Assembly: GCA_034436555.1 (NCBI GenBank)
Contig: DAOTUU010000035.1
Location: 36,655-100,654 of the forward strand
DNA length: 64,000 nucleotides
Direction of reading: 5' to 3'
DNA from: Chloroflexota bacterium
GTDB lineage: Bacteria; Chloroflexota; Limnocylindria; Limnocylindrales; CSP1-4
The position numbers were made by a program, and so were the translations under genes. Numbering within the stretch: the first letter of the stretch is position 1; every line of letters starts with the position of its first letter. Shown piece after piece: positions 1 through 9,241 of the stretch. Below the pieces are notes generated by a model. That model made no database searches. It had not been told where the DNA came from and saw nothing but the letters and a program-made list of their open reading frames with translations.

Positions 1-693
1 GCGACCCTGCTTGAGCACCGCCACGCGGTCGCCGATGGCGATCGCCTCGTGGAGCTTGTGGGTGATGAAGATGATGGCGAGGCCCGCCGACTTGAGGCCC
101 AGCAGCACCTTCTGGAGCTCCGCGATGCCCTGCGGTGTGAGCATCGATGTGGGCTCGTCGAGGATGAGCACACGGGAGCCCTTCCAGAGCGCCTTGATGA
201 TCTCGATGTGCTGCTGCTGGCCCAGCGACAGCTGGCCGATGCGGGCTCCCGGGTCCACCGTGACCCCGAGCGTGGCGGACAGCTCCGCCAGGCGCCGCGT
301 CGCGGCGGCCTCATCGAGGACCAGTCCCGGGCTGGACCCGAGCATCAGGTTCTCCAGCACCGTGAGCGTCGGGATGAGGCTCAGATGCTGGTACACCATG
401 CCGATGCCCAGTTCGCGGCCGGCCTTGGGGGAATCGATGCGCACCTCGCGTCCCGCGACGCGGATGGACCCGCTGTCCGGCTGGTAGAGCCCCGACAGGA
501 TGCTCATGAGCGTGGACTTGCCGGCCCCGTTCTCGCCCAGGAGGCACAGCACCTCGCCGTGCATCGCCGCGAGCGAGATGCGGTCGTTGGCGACCACGCC
601 CGGGAAGGCCTTCGTGATGGCAGACAGTTCGACCGCGGGGACCGAGGCCCCCGCGGTCGACGCACCCGGACGCACCGGGACGGCGTCAGTCAT
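1..693 (-). CDS. ABC transporter ATP-binding protein (nucleoside/sugar type). Partial: N-terminal ATPase domain only, gene continues past the window start.
   Basis: My own minus-strand translation starts MTDAVPVRPG. It shows Walker A GENGAGKST, the signature LSLGQQQ and Walker B ILILDEPTS. ATG is the revcomp of 691-693. It lies downstream of, and in the same direction as, the BMP lipoprotein gene. Confidence 0.85.
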   Translation of the reverse strand, partial: MTDAVPVRPGASTAGASVPAVELSAITKAFPGVVANDRISLAAMHGEVLCLLGENGAGKSTLMSILSGLYQPDSGSIRVAGREVRIDSPKAGRELGIGMVYQHLSLIPTLTVLENLMLGSSPGLVLDEAAATRRLAELSATLGVTVDPGARIGQLSLGQQQHIEIIKALWKGSRVLILDEPTSMLTPQGIAELQKVLLGLKSAGLAIIFITHKLHEAIAIGDRVAVLKQGR

Positions 694-742
694 GGCGCCT
701 GCCAGCCGGACTCGCGACCGTGCCGCAGGTCACCGTGCCCCA

Positions 743-1807
743 TCAGCCGTTGATGAGCGCTTCGACGTCCGCCTGGCTGCCCGCCAGAGGAACCGTGATG
801 GTGCCGTCGGCGATGCCCGCCTTGGCGGTCTCGACGGCGGTCCAGGCCTCCGGCGAGATGTGGGGCGTCTGGAGCAGGTGGATGCCGCCGTTCGCGGCAC
901 CCAGGGAATACCCGGTGGAGCCGAACGTCCCGGCCGCCAGGTCGGCCAGCGCCTGCACGTACTGGCCGGAGAAGTCCCACAGCACCGAGGACAGCAGGAC
1001 GCCCTTGGTGTCGATGGAGCTCTTGTCGCCGATGACGTCGATGAACCAGACCTTGTCGGCACCCGCCGGCGGGGTGGCGTTCTCGACCGCCTGGAGCATC
1101 CCGAACGACGAGCCGTCGCCCATGCCGAAGATGATGTCCGCGCCGCCCGCGATGACGGTCTCGGTGGTGGTCTTGCCACCCGCCGCGTCACCGTAGCCGG
1201 CAGGCCCCACCTGGGCCCACAGGAACTTGAGGTCGGGGTTCACCGACTTGGCGCCCGCCACGAACCCGCCCGACTGCTTGTGCCAGTTGAGGTCGTCCGC
1301 GGAGATCACGATGCCCAGCGTGCCGGTCTTGGTGGCGTGCGCCGCGAGCACGCCCGCGAGGTAGCCGCCCTCCTGGCTGTCGGTCTCGAAGTTGGCGACG
1401 AGACCGGGCGTGGTCTGGTCCGGCTGATCCCAGACGATGCTGGGGATGCCGTTGTCGCGCGCGAACTGGGACGCCGTGGTGGTGTACCCCGACGCCTGGG
1501 CGACGATGAACTGGGCGCCGTCCTCCTTGAGCGAGGCGAGGATCGGTGCCGGGTCGTCGTACCCGGAGCCGGCCGCCTCGATGAGCGTGGCCCCCACGCT
1601 CTCCGCCGCGGCCTGGGCGCCCAGGAGACCCTGCTGGTTCCAGCCGAAGTCAGTGGCCGCCTCGGGCGAGATGTAGGCCATCGTGGTGATGGCCGTGCCA
1701 GCCGCGGGCGACTGCGCGAACGTCGGCAACGCGGCGACGACGAGCAGTGCGGCTGCCCCCAGGCCTGCCGTCCAGGCCCGGATGCGAGTGGTCCGTCCCT
1801 CGGACAT
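743..1807 (-). CDS. BMP-family (PnrA/Med-like) ABC transporter substrate-binding lipoprotein
   Basis: ORF 743..1897 (-). Internal Met MSEGRTTRIRAWTAGLGAAALLVVAALPTFAQS gives a signal peptide. Sequence is typical of basic-membrane-protein nucleoside-binding lipoproteins. Start is placed at the internal Met, so coordinates are approximate at the 5' end. Confidence 0.8.
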   Translation of the reverse strand: MSEGRTTRIRAWTAGLGAAALLVVAALPTFAQSPAAGTAITTMAYISPEAATDFGWNQQGLLGAQAAAESVGATLIEAAGSGYDDPAPILASLKEDGAQFIVAQASGYTTTASQFARDNGIPSIVWDQPDQTTPGLVANFETDSQEGGYLAGVLAAHATKTGTLGIVISADDLNWHKQSGGFVAGAKSVNPDLKFLWAQVGPAGYGDAAGGKTTTETVIAGGADIIFGMGDGSSFGMLQAVENATPPAGADKVWFIDVIGDKSSIDTKGVLLSSVLWDFSGQYVQALADLAAGTFGSTGYSLGAANGGIHLLQTPHISPEAWTAVETAKAGIADGTITVPLAGSQADVEALING

Positions 1808-1899
1808 CGACTTCCTCCTACCGGTGCGACCGACTGGGGAGCGCCCCGCGGCGCGGGCTCCCGTGACCCGGGTGCCAGGCACCCTTCCCTGGCCCACGA

Positions 1900-2637
1900 T
1901 CAGGCGATCGTGTCTGGATCGTCCTCGCCGAAGAACAGCCGTCGGCCGTTCTCGCCCAGGACGCGGTCAGCCAGATCCTGCGGCAGTCCGCTCACGCGCA
2001 CCTTCGCGAGCTCCACCGCCGGATGATGGAACGGAGCATCCGAGCCGTACAGGACTCGGTCGGGGCCCACGCGCTCGACCGCCTCGCGGATCTTGGCGTG
2101 CATGGGCATCCCTGAGGTCTCGAGGAACACGTTGGGGTTCCTCGCCGCCACGTCGATCGCGGCGTTGATGTAGATGATGTTCCCATGACCCATGTGGCCC
2201 AGGATGATGCGCGCCGCCGGAAAGCGACGGATCAACTCCTCGATGCTCCACGGAAGCGTGAAGATGGGGTGGCCGCAGTGGATGAGCGCCGGCAGGCCGC
2301 GCGCCATGAGCAGCTCGATGACCGGGTGGACCATCGGGTCGTCGGGGTGATAGCCGTCCAGCAGCGGGTGCAGCTTCACGCCCCGGAATCGGGATCCGGG
2401 TTCGTCCAGCAGCCGCCGCGCCTCGTCCACGGCCCCCGGCAGGCGCGGGTTGACCCAGACCAGGCCGTACAGTCCGGGAAAGCGGGCCGTGGCCCCGCGG
2501 ATGAGCTCGTTGTCCGGATGGAACACCATGCCCACGTCGATGCCCTGCTGGCGCATGAGCGCCACGAGACCGGCGTCGTCGGTCGCGACGTTGAAGAGCG
2601 GGAACGACCCCACGTGCATGTGGCTATCGAGAATCAC
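1900..2637 (-). CDS. Amidohydrolase-2 family metal-dependent hydrolase
   Basis: C-terminal 245 aa of ORF 1900..3327 (-). HxH motif VILDSHMHV is at the N-terminus. TIM-barrel amidohydrolase-like sequence. The upstream part of the ORF overlaps the GntR gene and is rejected. Start is GTG at 2637, TTG at 2673 or GTG at 2676 (uncertain); no clear SD. Confidence 0.6.
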   Translation of the reverse strand: MILDSHMHVGSFPLFNVATDDAGLVALMRQQGIDVGMVFHPDNELIRGATARFPGLYGLVWVNPRLPGAVDEARRLLDEPGSRFRGVKLHPLLDGYHPDDPMVHPVIELLMARGLPALIHCGHPIFTLPWSIEELIRRFPAARIILGHMGHGNIIYINAAIDVAARNPNVFLETSGMPMHAKIREAVERVGPDRVLYGSDAPFHHPAVELAKVRVSGLPQDLADRVLGENGRRLFFGEDDPDTIA

Positions 2638-2661
2638 ATGCGCTAGTATGGAGGCCAGATT

Positions 2662-2674
2662 GTTGACAGTCAAC
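2662..2674. promoter_or_regulatory. Perfect 6-1-6 palindrome GTTGACaGTCAAC in the divergent amidohydrolase/GntR intergenic region. Candidate GntR-family operator; it also contains a TTGACA -35-like hexamer.
   Basis: Read directly from the sequence. It fits the GntR/FadR operator pattern t.GT...AC.a. Confidence 0.4.
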
Positions 2675-2721
2675 ACACGCAACCCGACCGAGACCCAACC
2701 AATCCGCGGGAGAGCCGCCTG

Positions 2722-3435
2722 ATGGACCGGTTCGACAACCTGACGCTCCGGGAACGGATCACGGCGCACCTGCGCGAGGAGATCCTGGGCAACCGGATCG
2801 CGCCGGGGACCGTGCTCCAGGAGGTCCCCCTCGCGGAGCAACTGGGCACGAGCCGCGGACCCATCCGCGAGGCGCTGGGTGCGCTCGCCGCGGAGGGGCT
2901 GGTGACCATCAAGCCGCGGCGCGGCGCCGTGGTCACGATGCTCACCAAGCAGGAGTTCCGCGAGGCGTACCAGGTGCGCGAGGTCCTGGAGTCGCTCGGG
3001 GCGCGCCTGGCCGTGCCCATCATCTCCGCGGACGCGCTGGCGGCCATGAGCGCCGCCATCGGCGACATGGAGCTGGCCGCCGCGCGCCGGGACGTGGACC
3101 TGTTCTTCGATGCCAACACCGCGTTCCACGGGGCGCTGATGGACGCCTCGGGGAATCGCAAGCTGGTCCAGATCCACCGGCGGCTGGTCTCCCAGATGGG
3201 ACCCTACCGGCGCCCCTCCGCGCGCCTGCGCGGCAACCTCGAGCGGTCGATCGCGGAACACCAGGCCATCCTGGACGCGGTCCGGTCGCGCGATGTGGAG
3301 CGCGCCGCGGCGCTCGTGCTGGAGCACGTCCGGGTGCCCCAGCAGCGGCTGGAGACGCTGACCGAGGATCAGTTCGCGCGCGATGCCGGGCTGGCTGCGG
3401 GCGACGACGCGGACGGGGCCGACCAGGTCGCCTAG
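2722..3435 (+). CDS. GntR-family transcriptional regulator (FadR/FCD subfamily)
   Basis: ORF 2722..3435. N-terminal winged HTH (LAEQLGTSRGPIREAL) and C-terminal FCD-like helical domain. RBS GGGAGAG about 8 nt upstream. Confidence 0.9.
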   Translation: MDRFDNLTLRERITAHLREEILGNRIAPGTVLQEVPLAEQLGTSRGPIREALGALAAEGLVTIKPRRGAVVTMLTKQEFREAYQVREVLESLGARLAVPIISADALAAMSAAIGDMELAAARRDVDLFFDANTAFHGALMDASGNRKLVQIHRRLVSQMGPYRRPSARLRGNLERSIAEHQAILDAVRSRDVERAAALVLEHVRVPQQRLETLTEDQFARDAGLAAGDDADGADQVA

Positions 3436-3472
3436 GACGCCCCTCGGGCCGTGCCGGGTCGGACCGGCGTCC

Positions 3473-6121
3473 CTACGCGGGACTGCCCTGGGGCATCGGA
3501 CCGCCGGTCGGCACGGGTGCGTTCTGGAGCATCATGCCGCCCGCCTGGAGCTCGTCGAGGTCCACGGGTGGCAGATCGACCAGCGAGCCGGGACGCCCGA
3601 TGAGGTAGCCCTGTCCCGCCGCGAGTCCCAGCTCCCGAACGACCTTCAGCTGCGTGGGCGTCTCGATGCCCTCCGCGATGACGAAGGCGCCCCACCGCTG
3701 CGCCAGGTCGCGGAGCGACCGGAGGACGGCTCTCGAGGCGTCGTTGTTGGCACCCTCCTGGACCAGCGCCAGGTCCACCTTCACGATGTCGAACCGGAAC
3801 TGGGACAGCAGCCGGAGGCCCGCGTTCCCCGCGCCGACGTCGTCGGCGGCGATGCGCAGGCCCGCTCGCTGGAGCTCCGCGAGGTTGTCCCGCAGACGGT
3901 CCAGGTCCAGGACCTGCTCCCGCTCGGTCAGCTCCAGGATCACGCGCCCGGGGTCCAGGTCGTGGGCTCGCAGCACCTCGAGGACGCCGGGGACGCTGAA
4001 GTCGGCGGCCTCCATCGTGCGCGGCGAGAGGTTGATGGTGACGACGCGGTCACGGGGGATGGCGCGCGCACCGGCGGCGATCGTCTCGAAGCAGGCTGCG
4101 TCCAGCTCCACGGTGCGGCCCACCGCCTCGGCCGCCTCGAACAGCGCCCCGGGGTTCGTGAACGGCGCTCCGGGGCCGGGCCGCGTGAGGCCCTCGAATC
4201 CCACGACCTCGCCGGTGTGCATGTCCACGATCGGCTGGAACACCGCGCGGAGCGATCGCTCCGCGATGACCTGGGCCACGGCGGCCGCCTGCGCCACGCG
4301 CTCCGCGTCGGTCTGGCCCGCGTGGGTCACCGGGTCGTAGGCGAGCACGCTGGCGCGTCCGTGCGCCTTGCCCCATGCGAGGGCGGCGCGCGCATGCTCC
4401 AGGAGCTGGTCCCGGTCGTGGGCGGGCCCGGGGAATCCCGCCGCTCCCGCGGTGAAGGCGACGGCCGGGCCAGCGTCACCGACGCGCGTCTTGGCAAGGA
4501 GTCGCTGGCCCAGCTGCACGGCGCCCGTCGTGTCCGTGTGCGGGAGGAGCAGCGCGACCTCGTCGCCCCCGATCCGGAAGGCGCGGTCGCTGAACCGGAG
4601 GCCGCCGCGGACATGGCGGCCGAGGGTGGCCAGGAGCGCGTCCCCGGCATCGTGGCCCGAGCGCGCATTCACGATCTTGAGGTCGTCGACATCGATCAGC
4701 AGCACCGCGAACGGGATGCGGGTGCGCGCCCATCCCGCCATCAGGCGGTCGACCTCCTCGCCGAACGCACGCTGGTTGCCCAGCCCGGTGAGCGCATCCA
4801 CCAGCTCCTCCGGGGTCGGCGGATGGGCGGCGCGGTCGGGCGCGACCGAGGCGCTGACCTGTGCGTCGCGAGCTCGCAGCGGCGCCGGCGCCGGGGACCG
4901 GCGAGCCCACCCGAACCTGCCCCTCCGGGCGGCATTCGGCGATGCGATTCCCCCGTCCCCGACGCCGGACGCGATCGGCCCCGGGAGCGACGAGCCGGTC
5001 GGCGCGATCGCCTGCGACGCCGCGGAGGCTGTCGCGACTCCCGACGGGACGCCGGTCGCGGACGGTGCACCGGCGGGCTGTGCGTGGACGGACGGCGCGT
5101 AGGCTGGCGGCGCGTAGGCTGGCGGCCGCTGGGCGGCCGGCCGCTGGGCGGGTGCCGCCATGGGGTCGCCCGCGCCCGAGACGGCCAGGTCGATGGGCGG
5201 GCCGGACGGGACGGCTGGAGCGGGCCGCTCCGCGGTCGACGTCATCGCCGCGGTCGAGCCCGCACCCTGCACGGCGGGCGCGCCGCGGCGCGCGGGTCGG
5301 CGGGCCAGCAGCACGAGCGGCACGGCGAGCAGGGACAGCGCGGCGAGCGCCAGGAGCGCCTGTCGGGAGAGAACGGGCAGGATCCCGGACAGGCCGGTCG
5401 CGGCTGGCGACGGACCCGCGTCGGCCCGGCCGTCGGCGGGCTGGATCGCCCTGGTCGCGGCACCGGGGCCGATGAGCGCATCGATCGGCACGCTCGCCAC
5501 GAGGGCGCCCGCGGCGGTCCCGCCCGCGCGCACCGGCGCCGCGAAGAGGATCGACCGACCGTCCGCGCCGGCATTCTCGATGAGCACGCCCGACCGCATC
5601 TCCAGCACCCGCGCGAGGTCCCGATCGCGGCCCGCCAGGAGCGCGGCGGCACCCGCCGGATCCCCGCCCACGGCGACGCGCGCACGGCCCGACGCGTCGA
5701 TCAGGGCCACCGATCCGGCGTGGTCGGCGAGGGCGGCGTTGACCGCGCCGAGCGCGCCGCGAGCCCTCTGGACGACCGCCGCGGAGGCTCGCGGATCGGC
5801 AAGCACGCGCGCGAGCGGTGCGTCGGCGGCGCCACGGGCGACGACATCCTGGCCGCGCACGAACGCATCGGCGAGCATGCCCGCGGTGGCCGCGTCGGTG
5901 GCATCAGGTCGCGAGCCCGGTGGGGCCAGGGCCACGCTCAGGAGCGCCGCGCCCAGGACGATGGGCAGGATCAGCAGCAGCAGCAGCGGCAGTCGGCGCG
6001 CGGCAGCAGGCGCGGGAGACGCGGTCGTACGTTGGGATGCGGGCGGATTCCCGGGCTTGGCGCGCGATCGCACCTTCGAACGCTCCTCTCGGTCGGGGCG
6101 TGGCAGGGAGGTCCGAGGCAT
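3473..6121 (-). CDS. Membrane-anchored GGDEF-EAL protein (diguanylate cyclase/phosphodiesterase). Two TM helices flank a periplasmic-type segment.
   Basis: ORF 3473..7045 (-). GGDEF motif RIGGDEV; EAL domain (QPIVDMHTGE...ELTERE). TM segments LPLLLLLILPIVLGAALLSVALA and LLALAALSLLAVPLVLLA. Start placed at Met309 (MPRTSLP), because the upstream ORF part overlaps the + strand regulator gene. Confidence 0.8.
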   Translation of the reverse strand: MPRTSLPRPDREERSKVRSRAKPGNPPASQRTTASPAPAAARRLPLLLLLILPIVLGAALLSVALAPPGSRPDATDAATAGMLADAFVRGQDVVARGAADAPLARVLADPRASAAVVQRARGALGAVNAALADHAGSVALIDASGRARVAVGGDPAGAAALLAGRDRDLARVLEMRSGVLIENAGADGRSILFAAPVRAGGTAAGALVASVPIDALIGPGAATRAIQPADGRADAGPSPAATGLSGILPVLSRQALLALAALSLLAVPLVLLARRPARRGAPAVQGAGSTAAMTSTAERPAPAVPSGPPIDLAVSGAGDPMAAPAQRPAAQRPPAYAPPAYAPSVHAQPAGAPSATGVPSGVATASAASQAIAPTGSSLPGPIASGVGDGGIASPNAARRGRFGWARRSPAPAPLRARDAQVSASVAPDRAAHPPTPEELVDALTGLGNQRAFGEEVDRLMAGWARTRIPFAVLLIDVDDLKIVNARSGHDAGDALLATLGRHVRGGLRFSDRAFRIGGDEVALLLPHTDTTGAVQLGQRLLAKTRVGDAGPAVAFTAGAAGFPGPAHDRDQLLEHARAALAWGKAHGRASVLAYDPVTHAGQTDAERVAQAAAVAQVIAERSLRAVFQPIVDMHTGEVVGFEGLTRPGPGAPFTNPGALFEAAEAVGRTVELDAACFETIAAGARAIPRDRVVTINLSPRTMEAADFSVPGVLEVLRAHDLDPGRVILELTEREQVLDLDRLRDNLAELQRAGLRIAADDVGAGNAGLRLLSQFRFDIVKVDLALVQEGANNDASRAVLRSLRDLAQRWGAFVIAEGIETPTQLKVVRELGLAAGQGYLIGRPGSLVDLPPVDLDELQAGGMMLQNAPVPTGGPMPQGSPA

Positions 6122-6288
6122 CACACCACGCCCGGGGGCGCCCGACGATGGGCCGGACGTCCCAGATGCCTGCGCCGATCCGGGGGTACCGATGGCCCAG
6201 GGGCCCAGTCCAGCGGTCGCCCCGACGCGCGACGCCCCCCGGCCGTCGATGGTCCCCGACGGTGGCGGACAGCGACGGGCGGGTGATC

Positions 6289-6343
6289 CGCGCCATTTGA
6301 CAGCCCGCGCCATTTGACAGCCCGAGCGGGCTCCCTCCACAAT
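6289..6343 (+). promoter_or_regulatory. Tandem 17-bp duplication CGCGCCATTTGACAGCC x2 (each with a TTGACA -35 hexamer), followed after about 18 nt by a CACAAT -10-like box. Candidate promoter/operator for the downstream HTH regulator gene.
   Basis: Direct reading. Copies at 6289-6305 and 6306-6322. The spacer holds the dyad GCCCG-ag-CGGGC. Confidence 0.4.
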
Positions 6344-6419
6344 GCGGCCGTCCCGGGGACCATGCGGGACCCAGATTTGCCTAGATTCTCCGCACCTCGA
6401 TAGTCTCCAAGGAGTTCGG

Positions 6420-7070
6420 ATGCCCCCGGAACGTCCCGCGCCAACCGGCGCCGACCTCCTGTCCCTGGGGCCCGCCAGTCGCCTGGTGGGGGTCGATCCC
6501 GACACCCTCCGACGCTGGGCGGACGACGGGCGGGTCGATGTGTCCGTCACACCCGGCGGGCACCGCCGCTTCCAGCGTCGCTCCCTGGAACGGCTCCTGC
6601 GTGCCGGCACGGACGAGCGCCCGACGCTCGCACGCCTGGGGGGGACGCCGCAGCGACTCACCGCGGCGTATCGCCGGACGTACCGGACCACGCGAGCCGC
6701 GGTGCCGGACCCGGTGCGGGCGGTCCCCGAGGACGACCGACCGGCGTGGCGGGACTCCGGGCGCGACCTGGTGGCCGCGCTGGTGCGCCATCTCGACGCC
6801 TCCGATGCGCACGAGCGGGCGGCGGCGCTCGCGGAGGCGTCTCGGGGTGCGGCGTCCCAGGGTGCGCGCCTGGCCCGTTCAGGCAGCAGCCTGACCGACG
6901 CCGTCGCCCTGTTCGTGGCCGCCCGCCAGCCGTTCCTGAGCGAGATCGGCAGCCTGGGCAAGCGGCGCGCCATGGATGCCCGGCAGCTGGCGGACCTGTT
7001 CAGCGCGGCGTCCACTGCGCTGGATGCGTGCCTCCTGCGGTTCATCGAGGGTCACCGCTCGGCGACCTGA
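6420..7070 (+). CDS. MerR/excisionase-type HTH transcriptional regulator with a C-terminal helical domain
   Basis: ORF 6342..7070; start at the internal ATG preceded by AAGGAG. The motif RLVGVDPDTLRRWADDGRVDVSVTPGGHRRF is typical of MerR-like HTH. Confidence 0.65.
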   Translation: MPPERPAPTGADLLSLGPASRLVGVDPDTLRRWADDGRVDVSVTPGGHRRFQRRSLERLLRAGTDERPTLARLGGTPQRLTAAYRRTYRTTRAAVPDPVRAVPEDDRPAWRDSGRDLVAALVRHLDASDAHERAAALAEASRGAASQGARLARSGSSLTDAVALFVAARQPFLSEIGSLGKRRAMDARQLADLFSAASTALDACLLRFIEGHRSAT

Positions 7071-7107
7071 CCGCCACATCCCCAGTCCCCCCAAGGAGAT
7101 CGAACCC

Positions 7108-8076
7108 GTGCGTTCCCACCCTGCCCGCCTCGTCGCGGGCATCACCGCCGTGGCCCTCACGCTCGTGCCGGCGACCATCGTCGCGCAGAGCCCTGCCGGG
7201 TCACCGACCGCCGGATCGCCGACGGCCGCGTCGCCGGCCGTGGCCATCACCGTCACGGACGCGGACGGCAACCCCGTGACGATCGGCGACACCTCGAGGG
7301 TCGTGACCCTGGGTGGCGTCATCACCGAGACCGCGTTCGCGCTCGGCGCCGGCGACCAGATCGTGGGCGTCGACGCATCGAGCACCCAGGCCCACGACCA
7401 GGCGTCCACGAGGACGGTCGTGCCCTACTACCGGATGCTCTCCGCGGAGCCCGTGATCGCGCTCGGCCCCACGCTCGTGCTGGGCACCGATGAGGTCGGT
7501 CCGGCCGATGTCGTGCAGCTCATCAGGGACGCGGGCGTGCCGACGCTGCTGCTGCCCCAGGAGCTGACCACGGACGGCACCGTCGCGCTCATCACCGCCG
7601 TGGGCCGGGCGCTCGGTCGGGACGCGGAGGCGGCCGCGCTCATCGAGACCCTCCACGCCGACCTGGCAGCGGCCAGGGACCTCGTGGCGGGCGCCACCGC
7701 GTCGCCCACGGTGATGTTCCTGCTGCTGCCGCCGGGCGCCCCCCTGCTCGTGTCGGGCACCGGCACCGAGGCGGACACGATGATCGGCCTCGCGGGGGCC
7801 ACCAACGCGGTCAGCGCGTTCCCCGGCTACGTGCCGCTCACGCCGGAGGCCGCCGTCGCGGCCGCGCCCGAGATCATCCTGACCACGACCGCCTCGCTCG
7901 AGGCGGCGGGCGGCATCGACGGGCTCCTGGCGCTGCCCGGGATCTCGGACACGCCGGCGGGCGCGGCCAGGGCGATCGTGGCGATGGACGACCTGGAGCT
8001 GCTCAGCTTCGGCCCGCGCACCGGCCAGGCGATCGCCGCCCTGGCGGTCCAGCTGCACCCGGAGCTCGCCCGGTAG
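7108..8076 (+). CDS. Iron-siderophore/heme ABC transporter substrate-binding protein (FecB/HmuT-like)
   Basis: ORF 6976..8076. GTG start at 7108 with AAGGAG 9 nt upstream. Signal peptide VRSHPARLVAGITAVALTLVPATIVAQS. Periplasmic-binding-protein class III sequence. Confidence 0.8.
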   Translation: MRSHPARLVAGITAVALTLVPATIVAQSPAGSPTAGSPTAASPAVAITVTDADGNPVTIGDTSRVVTLGGVITETAFALGAGDQIVGVDASSTQAHDQASTRTVVPYYRMLSAEPVIALGPTLVLGTDEVGPADVVQLIRDAGVPTLLLPQELTTDGTVALITAVGRALGRDAEAAALIETLHADLAAARDLVAGATASPTVMFLLLPPGAPLLVSGTGTEADTMIGLAGATNAVSAFPGYVPLTPEAAVAAAPEIILTTTASLEAAGGIDGLLALPGISDTPAGAARAIVAMDDLELLSFGPRTGQAIAALAVQLHPELAR

Positions 8077-8194
8077 CCGGGCGACGCCACGCCGCGTCCG
8101 GGACGAGAACCACCTGAGCGGTCCGGCGCCGGTCCCCGCGGCCGGCATCCCCGCAGCTCGACGGGTCGCCGCCATCCGGCGGCGGCGCGTCGGC

Positions 8195-9241
8195 ATGCTC
8201 GTCGTGGCCCTGGTCCTGGCGATGGCCCTGTCGCTCGCGCTGGGTGCCGTGACCATCGATCCGGTGGCCATCGTGGGCATCCTCGCCGACCGGCTGGGGC
8301 TCACGGGTGTCTCGACGTTCGAGCCGCAGCAGGCATCGGTGCTCACCGGGATCCGGCTGCCTCGGGTCGTGCTGGGAGCGCTCGTGGGCGCAGCCCTGGG
8401 CCTTGCCGGTGCGGGCATGCAGGGCCTGTATCGAAGCTCGCTGGCGGACCCCGCGCTCGTGGGCATCGGCGCGGGCGCAGCCCTGGGCGCCGCGATCGGC
8501 ATCGTGGTGGCGCTCCTGGCGGGCGCCGCGGCCGTGTCCGGCGTCACCGCGGGCGGCAGCGACCTGGGGATCGCGGGAACGCTCGCACCGGTGCTGCTGG
8601 CGATCGCGGGTGCGGTGGTCGCGAGCGGGCTCATCCATCGCGTGGCGTCCGCGTCCGGCCGGACCATCGTCGCCGCGATGCTGCTGGGCGGCATCGCGCT
8701 CGATGCCCTGTTCGGGGCGCTGACCGGACTGGTGGTGCTGGCGACGCGCAATCCCCAGCTGCGTGACGTCTCGTTCTGGACGCTGGGCGGCCTGACCGGC
8801 GCCACCTGGCGGGCCGTCGCGATCCTGGTGGTGGTGCTCATCCCGGTGGTGATGCTGCTGTGGCGCGCCGGTCCGGGCCTGGATGCGCTGTCCCTGGGGC
8901 ACGCGGGCGCGGGTCATCTGGGCGTGGACGTGCGGCGCCAGGCGCGCCTCGTGCTCGTGCTCGTCGCGGTCCTGGTGGGCGTGGCGGTCAGCCAGGCGGG
9001 GGTCATCGCGTTCGTCGCGCTCGTCACGCCCATCGCGGCGCGCCGGCTGCTCGGCGCCTCCGCCCGCTCCGTCGTCGTCGGGTCGGCGCTCCTGGGCGCC
9101 ACCGTCCTCGTGCTCGCCGACCTCGTGGCCCGGATGGTCGTGTCGCCCGCGGAGGCGCCGGTCGGGCTGGTCACCGCGATCGCGGGTGCGCCGATGTTCC
9201 TGTGGCTGCTGATGCGCGACCGGGGGGCACTCGCGCGATGA
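8195..9241 (+). CDS. FecCD-family ABC permease (heme/siderophore/cobalamin type)
   Basis: ORF 8195..9241. Multi-TM protein with typical FecCD/BtuC composition. No alternative in-frame start upstream. Confidence 0.9.
   Translation: MLVVALVLAMALSLALGAVTIDPVAIVGILADRLGLTGVSTFEPQQASVLTGIRLPRVVLGALVGAALGLAGAGMQGLYRSSLADPALVGIGAGAALGAAIGIVVALLAGAAAVSGVTAGGSDLGIAGTLAPVLLAIAGAVVASGLIHRVASASGRTIVAAMLLGGIALDALFGALTGLVVLATRNPQLRDVSFWTLGGLTGATWRAVAILVVVLIPVVMLLWRAGPGLDALSLGHAGAGHLGVDVRRQARLVLVLVAVLVGVAVSQAGVIAFVALVTPIAARRLLGASARSVVVGSALLGATVLVLADLVARMVVSPAEAPVGLVTAIAGAPMFLWLLMRDRGALAR

Noticed and set aside
3383-6286. 967-aa + strand ORF antisense to the GGDEF-EAL gene, plus many other long Arg/Gly-rich ORFs in the table
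   Set aside because: These are high-GC antisense or out-of-frame artefacts. They have extreme Arg/Gly/Pro composition and no domain motifs, and they overlap strongly supported genes.
6122-7045. N-terminal 308 codons of the 1190-aa minus-strand ORF 3473..7045
   Set aside because: It has wrong-frame-like Arg/Ser/Ala composition. It overlaps the well-supported + strand MerR-like gene (6420-7070) and its promoter repeats. The GGDEF-EAL protein has a sensible membrane N-terminus starting at Met309.
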